Positions 37,539 through 45,441 of a stretch of DNA of 64,000 nt are shown one piece after another. A program made the position numbers and the translations under genes. Every line of letters starts with the position of its first letter. Positions within the stretch are counted from its first letter, which is position 1. A model generated the notes under the pieces. The model made no database searches and was not told the DNA's origin. It worked only from the letters and a program-made list of their open reading frames with translations. The stretch is from an uncultured Acidobacteriota bacterium (lineage in GTDB: Bacteria; Acidobacteriota; Thermoanaerobaculia; Gp7-AA8): positions 960,001-1,024,000 of the forward strand of contig CAWGHO010000003.1 in assembly GCA_963822445.1 (NCBI GenBank), given 5' to 3'.

Positions 37539-40340
37539 CTAGTGGTGCTCGACCGGCAGTTGCTCCTCCGGTCCCACATAGACGCCCGTCATCATGCCCC
37601 GGTCCTCGTGCGCGAGGATGTGGCAGTGGATGACGAAGTGGCCGGAGTAGTCGACGAAGCGGCTGCGCATCTTGAAGTAACCGGGGATCTTCGTCCCGGT
37701 CGACGGTCCCCCCTTGGTATAGAACGTCTGGCCCGACGGGATCGAAAAGACGTCCCACCACTTGCGGCCATCGCCCTCGGGCGGCTCGGTCGGACCGCAT
37801 GGATGCCAACTGCTCTCCATCGCCGGATCGATGTAGCACTGATCCGGATGGCGGTCGCTGACGTCCTTGTTGGTCGTGTAGAGCGGAATGCCAACTGTGT
37901 ACGCGGCGTTGGTGACGCCCTTCGCCTTGGCGGTGCTGAAGGTGAGTGACGTGCCATCCTCGGCGATCGAGACCACGTTCGCCACCGATTCGCCGGCGAT
38001 GGTGATGAAGTCGCCGACCCGGAAGGTGGTGTTGAATCCGGTGCCTTTCACGACGTTCGTGTCCTTGACCGTGCTCACCGTGCCCGGGCCGGTTGCCTTC
38101 GACAGCAGCGCATTCGGCTCGAACTCCTCGGTGATCTGGAACGGGTTGATGTGAATGTGGAACGGATGGGCGATCTTCGGGTTGTAGCTGGCGTTGACGA
38201 TCGTCCACTCCTCGACCTTGTTCAGGTCGACCCTTTGGCTCACTTCACCGTGGAACTGCTTCCCGTTGATGGTGTGTCTGTTGAAGATGGGATTCGGTCT
38301 CGGCGGGTCCGGATTCTTGTCGGTGGCGAAGAGGACGGTGTTGTATCCCTCCACTTTGTCCTTGGTGATGTCTTTCAGGAAGGGAGGGAAGTAGGTATTC
38401 GACCGGTCCATGAACCCCATGTCCCGGGTCCCGTTGGCCGTATCGATGACCACGTTGAAGAGCAACTGCGTGCTCGAGGTGTTGGTGAGCGGATCGGTCG
38501 TGAGCACCGCCTTGACCGGGATCTTTCCCTTGCCGTCGAGCGGTGCCATCACCAGCAGGTCCACGCGATTGCCCGAGACGATCACGAACTCTTTGTTTTC
38601 GCTCTCCACATAGCGCGTGTTGGCGAGCTGCACGCCGTCGACCGCCAGTTGCCGCCATTGCAGACCGTTCGCCGGCGCCGAGAAAATCAGTCCGGAACGG
38701 CTCGACGTGTTGGCGATGCGCCACCACTGCACCTCGCCCGGCTTCATGGTGATGGTCGGCTGCAGCCGGCCGTTCACCGAGTAATACGGCCCCGGGCTCG
38801 GCATATTGCCTCCCTCCCGGTTCGGCGTGACGCCGAGCTGGTTGAGGACCATGAGCTTCTGCTCGATGCCGCCTTTCCTGTCGTACCAGGCATTGATCTC
38901 GTCGTCGTAGACGCCCTCGACGACCATCAGGCCGGTCATGCCGTTCGAGACGTTGATGGTCGTGGAGCCGTGCTTGTGGGCGTGATACCAGTGCGTCCCC
39001 GGCGACTGTCCCATGATCAACGGCGGCGGAGCCATCGCCATCGACGGGTCGTGGTGCCCCTCCGCCGGCATCGCGGGCTTCGGAGGGAAGGTCGCCTCGT
39101 TGTAGACCGGAAGGCGGAAGCAGTAGGGAAACGCGCCGATGTAGTTCTGCGGGAACTTCTTGGCGACGATCGCCGCCTCGTTCTGCTTCCACAGATCCGG
39201 CTGGGCCGTGCGCAGCAGGGCCTCCTGCATGTCGCGATACGTCTTCGGGAAATCCTCCCATCGCGTCGGCCACTGCTGCGGCCGATCGGCGAGATTGAGG
39301 TTCGCTTCGCAGTTGCCGAAGAACTCCCGGAAAGTGTCCTTGAGGACCTTGTCGTCGAAGCCTGGGGGCATGGTCCGGGCGCGCCTCTCGTTGTTGTCCC
39401 GCGTCCACGGCACGATCTCGAGGAAGACGTTGTCGGCGGTCGAGGTCGGGCTGGTGTGCGTGCCGTGATAGTGCACGTTCGTGAACACCGACCCGTGGAA
39501 GCAGTTCGGGTACAGATCGCCGCCTTGCGCGGTTTTCGGGTAGATCTGGCCGGTGTTGTCCTGCACCTCGTTGCATTTTTTGGTATCGGTGCCCGGGAAG
39601 TTGAGCCGGTCGATGAGGTTCAGGAACGTCAGCTCGACCAGGTCTCCGACGCGTGCGCGGATGGTCGGGCCCGGTATCGGCAGCGTCGTCGGGGCGTTGG
39701 GAGCCTGGCTCGCGTCCCCCGGGAGCTGCGGAGCCCCCGTCCGATACGTCCGCACCCACTGCTTGGCGCACGTGATGTTGGCCGTGGTGATCTCTCCCGA
39801 CTGAAACGTCCCTTTGTTGAATGCCATGTACTGATTCTCGCCAGTGGTGAGGAGCGTCCCGACGACCTGGTTCTTGTCCTTGTCCCGGGGAATCTCCGGA
39901 ATCGGAAGCAGCTCCCTCACCCGCGTCGACTTGTCCTTGCTGAGGACCCCGAAGAGATCCTCGCATCCCTGCGCGTGCAGCGAAGGCGCGAAGACGCCGC
40001 CGAGCAGCACCACCATCAGCATGGCCAGCGCCGTCTGGATGGTGATGGTTCCCTTCACGCCCGAAACACTCGAGGTATCCGTGGGCTTGACCGTGTACGT
40101 GTACGAGTACGGCGCCTTCGTGCCTGCCGGCAGCGAGACCTTGAAGGCCGGGCTCGACGAATCCCACGGTGGTGCAACCATGGGCACCACGGTATCGGGC
40201 AGTCCATCGATCGTGATCGTCTGCGAATCGTTCGTCCGATTCGACCAGCTGACCAGATCGCTCGACAGCACATTCTGTGGATCGGGATCGAGGGTGACGC
40301 TTCCCGATGAATCCGAGATGACAATCGACCAATCAGCCAT
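37539..40340 (-). CDS. Multicopper oxidase with N-terminal ligand-less cupredoxin-like domain and internal signal peptide
   Basis: TNVHYHG, WYHAHKHG, HPFHIH, HCHILAHEDRGMM; AGGAG RBS before MADWSIV at 40340. Confidence 0.9.
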   Translation of the reverse strand: MADWSIVISDSSGSVTLDPDPQNVLSSDLVSWSNRTNDSQTITIDGLPDTVVPMVAPPWDSSSPAFKVSLPAGTKAPYSYTYTVKPTDTSSVSGVKGTITIQTALAMLMVVLLGGVFAPSLHAQGCEDLFGVLSKDKSTRVRELLPIPEIPRDKDKNQVVGTLLTTGENQYMAFNKGTFQSGEITTANITCAKQWVRTYRTGAPQLPGDASQAPNAPTTLPIPGPTIRARVGDLVELTFLNLIDRLNFPGTDTKKCNEVQDNTGQIYPKTAQGGDLYPNCFHGSVFTNVHYHGTHTSPTSTADNVFLEIVPWTRDNNERRARTMPPGFDDKVLKDTFREFFGNCEANLNLADRPQQWPTRWEDFPKTYRDMQEALLRTAQPDLWKQNEAAIVAKKFPQNYIGAFPYCFRLPVYNEATFPPKPAMPAEGHHDPSMAMAPPPLIMGQSPGTHWYHAHKHGSTTINVSNGMTGLMVVEGVYDDEINAWYDRKGGIEQKLMVLNQLGVTPNREGGNMPSPGPYYSVNGRLQPTITMKPGEVQWWRIANTSSRSGLIFSAPANGLQWRQLAVDGVQLANTRYVESENKEFVIVSGNRVDLLVMAPLDGKGKIPVKAVLTTDPLTNTSSTQLLFNVVIDTANGTRDMGFMDRSNTYFPPFLKDITKDKVEGYNTVLFATDKNPDPPRPNPIFNRHTINGKQFHGEVSQRVDLNKVEEWTIVNASYNPKIAHPFHIHINPFQITEEFEPNALLSKATGPGTVSTVKDTNVVKGTGFNTTFRVGDFITIAGESVANVVSIAEDGTSLTFSTAKAKGVTNAAYTVGIPLYTTNKDVSDRHPDQCYIDPAMESSWHPCGPTEPPEGDGRKWWDVFSIPSGQTFYTKGGPSTGTKIPGYFKMRSRFVDYSGHFVIHCHILAHEDRGMMTGVYVGPEEQLPVEHH

Positions 40341-40586
40341 GGAATCTTCTCCTTCTGCTCTCTCTGGAGGAGGGACGGAGGACCCCCTCGTCCCTACCCC
40401 GATCATTGACCATGATGAGGCAGAACCGCCGGGTCACGCTCGCCGATGAACGCATGACGGGCAGACGTTCAGCCGTGAAGATGACTGCGAACGGTCCCGC
40501 GGGAGTTCGTCGTTTCGATGATCGCAGCAGCGGAACGCCGGCCACGTCGTTCCATGGAAAGACGTCGGAACGTAAGCTCGCCTTCC

Positions 40587-40622
40587 TTGCCTGAGCTCGC
40601 CGCGAAGAGTACTCTCTTCGCG
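40587..40622 (+). promoter_or_regulatory. sigma70 promoter with palindromic operator over the -10, upstream of the TonB operon
   Basis: TTGCCT-N17-TACTCT; cgcgaagag-tact-ctcttcgcg. Confidence 0.55.
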
Positions 40623-40685
40623 ATCCGTAGCTCCGGCATTCCGTCCAATCCGGTCCACTGAGTAACCTCGACAAGGGAGGCTCGC

Positions 40686-42797
40686 ATGCGCCACGTCCTC
40701 GCGCTGGTTGCGCTCGTTTTCGTGCTTCTTCCGAACGCCTATGCGGAGGAGGAAGAAAAGAAGGCGGACGGCTCCGAATCGAAGGTGGTTGAAAAAATCA
40801 CCGTGACGGCAGCGCGGTTCGAACGGCCGATCGATCTGACACCGCAGTCGATGACCGTTCTCGAATCGGCGGAGCTCGATGCCCGGCCGATGCTGAACGT
40901 GCAGTCGCTGCTCGACGACGTTCCCGGCATCTCCTACTCCCGCAGCGGTGCCCTCGACGGCCAGCTCACCGTTCGCGGTCTCAGCTCGAACGACTCGCGG
41001 ACGGTGTTGTTCATCGACGGCGATCGTTTCCGCGGACGGCCGTCGCTGGAGTACAGCTTCCTCGATCCGAACGAGATCGAGCGCATCGAGATCATCCGCG
41101 GCCCGGCGGCGGCGCTCTACGGCTCCGACGCGATGAACGGCGTGGTCAACGTGATCACGCGGCGTGCGCAGCCCGATCCGGCGTCGCCCGGTTTCTCTCT
41201 CCGTCCGCGGCTCTACGCTCTCGGCTACTCGAGCGCGAACAACTTCGCGGCGACGCGGCTCGAGCTGCAGGGCGCGAGTCAGAAGTTCGACCTCCTGGTC
41301 GGAGCGAACTACCGCGTCGCGAACGACTACGACACGCCGGCGGGCGCCATCCCGAACAGCGACATGGAGACGCGCTCGCTCAACGTCCGCGCCGGCTATG
41401 CGCCGACCGACACCGCGCGTTTCGAGATCGTCACCAAGTTCATGATCATCGAGGCCGGCCGCGCCACCGCTCCCGGCGCTCCGCTGGTCACGACCCGGCA
41501 AACGCCGCTCCGCGAACGCTCCGCGCGGCTGGGGTACACGCAGAGCCAGGTCGCGCGCTGGATGCAGGACCTGGAGGTCTCGGCGTACGCGCGCTACATG
41601 CACACGGTCATCCGCAGCGACACGCGCACCGCCGCCAGCGGAAACGTGGAGCTCCGCGACACGTGGGTGATCGGCCCGACGGTCACGGGCGGCAAGGTGC
41701 TGGGCCGCTCGATCGTCGGCGACAGCGTGCTCGCGTACGGCGTCGACCTCTATCGCGAGGACGTGCCGCCCTTCGACGACGAAGTCCGCGTCTTGAACAG
41801 CGCGGGCGCGCAGGTCTCGCTCAATCCGCGCGCGCCGCGCATCCGCGCCGCCGTGCAGACCAACATCGGCGCGCTGGCGCATTACGACTGGGACCCCACG
41901 CAGCGATGGACGGTGTCCCTCGGAAGCCGCTACGACGTCATCTGGACGGACATCGATTCGAAGCCGGCGCTCGGCGAGAGTCCGGCGCTCTCCGAGGCAT
42001 TCGCGCGGAACCGGTCGTCGCGGGACGACAAGCTCACCGGCAGCGTGGGGCTGATCTTCCGGCCGATGCCGATGCTCCATCTCGTCGCGAACGTCAGCAC
42101 CGCCTTCCGTTCGCCGACCACCTTCGACAAATCGGGATCGGGAACGATCGGCGCGCTGAACACGCTGCCGAACGCGGAGCTGAAGCCTGAATCGAGCGAG
42201 AACTACGAGGCCGGCGCGCGGCTCCGGTTGAAGAGCTGGAACGTCAACCTGACCGCGTTCCGCAGCGACTACGAAGACCTTCTGCAGTTCGTGTTTCCGA
42301 CGCCGTTGACGCGGCAGCGCCAGAACATCGGCCGCGCGCGGGTGCAAGGCTTCGAGGTCGACGGCACGGTCGAGATGACTCCGCGCTGGGCCTGGCGCTT
42401 CAACGCGGCGAACGTGCGCGCGACGAACAAGCTGACGAACGCGCCGCTGCCGTACGTGCCGCCGCTGAACGGGCTGTTGGCGTTGCGGCACACCGCGCCC
42501 GGCGACCTGTGGGTCGAAGCGTCCGGCCGCTGGTCGCGGGACAAGACGCGCATCGATCGCACCCAGGAGCGGCCGAAGGACGGATACCAGGTGTTCGGCC
42601 TCTACGCCGGCGGGGACCTCGCCCGGTTCGGGAAGGCGTTCGCGCCGTACCGGCTCACGATCGGCGTCGACAACATCACCGACAAGCAGTACGTGAATCC
42701 GGTCACGCGCGAGCTGGTCGGCTTTCCGGTGTCGCCCACGAATCCGCTCATCGAGCCGGGGCGGTCGCTGACCATCAATCTCACGGCGGCCTTCTGA
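40686..42797 (+). CDS. TonB-dependent outer membrane receptor
   Basis: TonB box EKITVTA, plug IERIEIIRGPAAALYGSDAMNGVVNVIT, NAELKPE, PGRS...terminal F. Confidence 0.95.
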   Translation: MRHVLALVALVFVLLPNAYAEEEEKKADGSESKVVEKITVTAARFERPIDLTPQSMTVLESAELDARPMLNVQSLLDDVPGISYSRSGALDGQLTVRGLSSNDSRTVLFIDGDRFRGRPSLEYSFLDPNEIERIEIIRGPAAALYGSDAMNGVVNVITRRAQPDPASPGFSLRPRLYALGYSSANNFAATRLELQGASQKFDLLVGANYRVANDYDTPAGAIPNSDMETRSLNVRAGYAPTDTARFEIVTKFMIIEAGRATAPGAPLVTTRQTPLRERSARLGYTQSQVARWMQDLEVSAYARYMHTVIRSDTRTAASGNVELRDTWVIGPTVTGGKVLGRSIVGDSVLAYGVDLYREDVPPFDDEVRVLNSAGAQVSLNPRAPRIRAAVQTNIGALAHYDWDPTQRWTVSLGSRYDVIWTDIDSKPALGESPALSEAFARNRSSRDDKLTGSVGLIFRPMPMLHLVANVSTAFRSPTTFDKSGSGTIGALNTLPNAELKPESSENYEAGARLRLKSWNVNLTAFRSDYEDLLQFVFPTPLTRQRQNIGRARVQGFEVDGTVEMTPRWAWRFNAANVRATNKLTNAPLPYVPPLNGLLALRHTAPGDLWVEASGRWSRDKTRIDRTQERPKDGYQVFGLYAGGDLARFGKAFAPYRLTIGVDNITDKQYVNPVTRELVGFPVSPTNPLIEPGRSLTINLTAAF

Positions 42798-44476
42798 TGA
42801 TTTTCGCGGTCGCCTTGTTCGCAGCGACCGGGTTCGCAGCCGCGGGAATGGTTGCGCCGCTTCGCGTGGCCATCCCGGTGGAAGTCGCGAACGTCACGCC
42901 GTACACCGCCGGCGTGCCGGAGACCTTGCTGGATCTGGTCTACGACAAGCTCGCCGCGCCGTCCCCGTACCTCGGCGACGCCCGGCCCTGGCTGGCCAGC
43001 GCGATCGTTCCGGAGGGCAGCGACGGGCGGACGTGGCGCATCGAATTGAAGGACGGCATTCGCTGGCATGACGGGAAACCGTTCACCGCGGAGGACGTGG
43101 TGTTCACGCTGCGCTACTACCGCGACGGCACGCCGAACCGCTGGACGCATCACGTCAGCGACAATCCGAAGCTGACGGACATCGAGCCGCTCGGACCGCT
43201 GTCGTTGCGCATCCGATGCGAGCTGCCGTGTCCACTCTTCGACAAAGTCACCGCGGCCGATCTGGTGATGCTTCCGGCTCACGTCTGGAAAACGGTGACG
43301 CAGCCGCACCTGCATCACGGTGCGTTGATCGGCACCGGTCCGTATCGGGTGACGCAATTCGCCCCGGGCCGGTTTCTGCGCCTCGATGCCAACCGCGACT
43401 ATTTCGCGGGAGTCCCGCGCGTCGGCAGTCTCCTGGTCTCCTTCATCCGCAATCCCGCGACCGCGTTTGCGGCGTTGCGCGCGAACGAGCTGGACCTCGT
43501 CGCGTCGGCCGTGCCGCCGGAGCTCGTCGAGTCGCTGTCGCGCCGCCCGGGACTCGCGCTCGCGGACGGCGGCGCGCCGTTGTACGCCCTCGAGATGCGC
43601 ATCAATTTCGATCGGCCGCCGTTCACCGCGGCGGCGGTGCGTCGCGCCATCGCGCTCGCGATCGACCCTGCGGAAGTGGTGAAGCGTGTCGCGCTGGGAC
43701 AGGCAATCCCTGGCGACCGCTACCCGGCGCCCGCGAGTCCGTGGACGATGCCCGGGCTGCGGCAGTTGCACGGCGATCGCAAGGCGGCCATGCGCATCCT
43801 CGAACAGCACGGGTTGCGCGGAGCGCCGTTGCGATTGAGCCTCAAGGTCTCGAGCAGCGAGCCGCTGCACCAGCGCGCGGCCCAGGTCGTGGCCCGGCAG
43901 CTCGCGGCGGCCGGGCTGGCGACGCGGATCGAGGTCGTCGATCCCGCGCGCATGCGGGCCCTCTACTCGGCGCGCCAGTTCGACCTGATGATCGCCGAGG
44001 TCACGCCGCACAATCTCGCGGACCCCGATCAGCTCATGCAATCGATCCTCGGCGGGTACCTCTGGCGCGCCGGCCTCCCGAATCCGGAGATGGAGGCTCG
44101 CATCGCGCGGTGGCGGGCGGCGTCCACCGCGGACGCGAGAATGCGCGCGGGATTCGCGCTGCAGGAGCTGCACAGCAGGGAGCCGGCGACGCTGATGCTG
44201 TATTACCCCATTTCGCGCTACGCGTACCGCCCGCGCGCGTACGACGGCTGGCGCGGCGTTCCGGGCATGGGCGTTTTTCACAAGTGGTCGCTGCTTAGGG
44301 AACGACGGGAGGCCTCCGGCGGCCGGGCCGCGGGCCCGGACCCGCTAGTTGGCCTAGCCTCCGCGACACAGCCTCCAATCCTGCGACAGAGTGTCGCGGA
44401 GGCTAGGCCAACCAACGGGGTCCGGGGCCGTTGGCCCCGGCCGCCGGAGGCCCCCGTGGTTCCCCGACATCGATGA
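42797..44476 (+). CDS. Family 5 (peptide/nickel) ABC substrate-binding protein
   Basis: WHDGKPFTAEDVVFT, GTGPY, VRRAIALAID. Confidence 0.9.
   Translation: MIFAVALFAATGFAAAGMVAPLRVAIPVEVANVTPYTAGVPETLLDLVYDKLAAPSPYLGDARPWLASAIVPEGSDGRTWRIELKDGIRWHDGKPFTAEDVVFTLRYYRDGTPNRWTHHVSDNPKLTDIEPLGPLSLRIRCELPCPLFDKVTAADLVMLPAHVWKTVTQPHLHHGALIGTGPYRVTQFAPGRFLRLDANRDYFAGVPRVGSLLVSFIRNPATAFAALRANELDLVASAVPPELVESLSRRPGLALADGGAPLYALEMRINFDRPPFTAAAVRRAIALAIDPAEVVKRVALGQAIPGDRYPAPASPWTMPGLRQLHGDRKAAMRILEQHGLRGAPLRLSLKVSSSEPLHQRAAQVVARQLAAAGLATRIEVVDPARMRALYSARQFDLMIAEVTPHNLADPDQLMQSILGGYLWRAGLPNPEMEARIARWRAASTADARMRAGFALQELHSREPATLMLYYPISRYAYRPRAYDGWRGVPGMGVFHKWSLLRERREASGGRAAGPDPLVGLASATQPPILRQSVAEARPTNGVRGRWPRPPEAPVVPRHR
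44306..44456. repeat. ~150-bp palindromic element (GGCCTCCGGC family) in frame in the SBP C-terminus
   Basis: ggcctccggcggccggg...gttggcctagcctccgcgacac / gtgtcgcggaggctaggccaac...ccggccgccggaggcc. Confidence 0.85.
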
Positions 44477-45441
44477 AGCGCGCGGCACGGTTGTCCGGCT
44501 ACGTGGTCGTGCTGTGGCTCGGTGCGACAGCGAACTTCCTCCTGCCGCGGATGCTCCCGGGCGATCCGGTCGAGTTCCTGATCGGCGAGGAATCGAGCCG
44601 CCTCACCAGCGCGCAGCGCTCGGCGGTCCTGTCCCAGTTCGGACTGGAACGGCCGTTATCGGAGCAATACCTCCGCTACCTCGCCGGCATCGCCCGCCTC
44701 GACCTCGGCACTTCCGTCGGTCACGGCGCGCCGGTGACGCGACTGGTCGCCCAGCGTTTGCCATGGACGCTGCTGCTCGTCGGCAGTGCGATCGTGCTGG
44801 CCTTCGTGACCGGATTCATCCTGGCGGGCCTTTTTCACTGGGTCGGCAGCTCGCGCACGTCGTCGGCGCTGATGACCATCGTCGTGTTCCTCGGCTCGCT
44901 GCCGTCGTTCTGGACCGGCATGGTGGCGATCGCCGTGTTCGCGGTCTCACTCGGATGGCTGCCCAGTCATGGCGCGGCGCCGGTCGGGACTGCAGTCACA
45001 TGGATGAGCGTGTTGCGCCACGCGGTCCTTCCGGTGGCCACGCTCACGCTCGGCTATCTCCCTTCTGTGTTTCTCGTGGCCCGGGCGGCGCTGGAGTCGG
45101 CGCTGGGGGAGGGGTACGTCGCACTGGCCCGCTCGCACGGAGCCACACCGCTGCGCGTGCTCGTCCGGCAGGCGGCGCCGATCGCCGTTCTGCCGCTCGT
45201 CAATCAGTTCGCGATGAGCTTCGGCGTGCTCCTGGGCGGCACGGTCATCGTCGAAAGCGTGTTCGCCTATCCGGGGCTCGGGATGCTGCTGTACGAAGGC
45301 ATCCTCTCGCTCGATTTCCCGCTCGTGCAGGGCGTGTTTCTGCTGATGGTGTTCTCGGTCGTGCTGGCGAATGCCGCCGCGGACCTCGTGCAGCGGCGGC
45401 TCGATCCGAGACTTCGCGGAGGGCTGGACCTCACGTCATGA
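44473..45441 (+). CDS. OppB/NikB-type ABC permease
   Basis: NFLLPRMLPGDP, RLPWTLLL, VESVFAYPGLG. Confidence 0.92.
   Translation: MKRAARLSGYVVVLWLGATANFLLPRMLPGDPVEFLIGEESSRLTSAQRSAVLSQFGLERPLSEQYLRYLAGIARLDLGTSVGHGAPVTRLVAQRLPWTLLLVGSAIVLAFVTGFILAGLFHWVGSSRTSSALMTIVVFLGSLPSFWTGMVAIAVFAVSLGWLPSHGAAPVGTAVTWMSVLRHAVLPVATLTLGYLPSVFLVARAALESALGEGYVALARSHGATPLRVLVRQAAPIAVLPLVNQFAMSFGVLLGGTVIVESVFAYPGLGMLLYEGILSLDFPLVQGVFLLMVFSVVLANAAADLVQRRLDPRLRGGLDLTS

Noticed and set aside
37539-40340. Copper nitrite reductase NirK
   Set aside because: It has all four laccase-type motifs of a three-domain MCO rather than the two-domain NirK pattern
40340-40686. Cobalamin, Mn (yybP) or Moco riboswitch before the TonB receptor
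   Set aside because: Conserved motifs (B12 box, GGGGAGTAG, etc.) were not found by eye and the predicted leader is short; an Rfam scan would settle it
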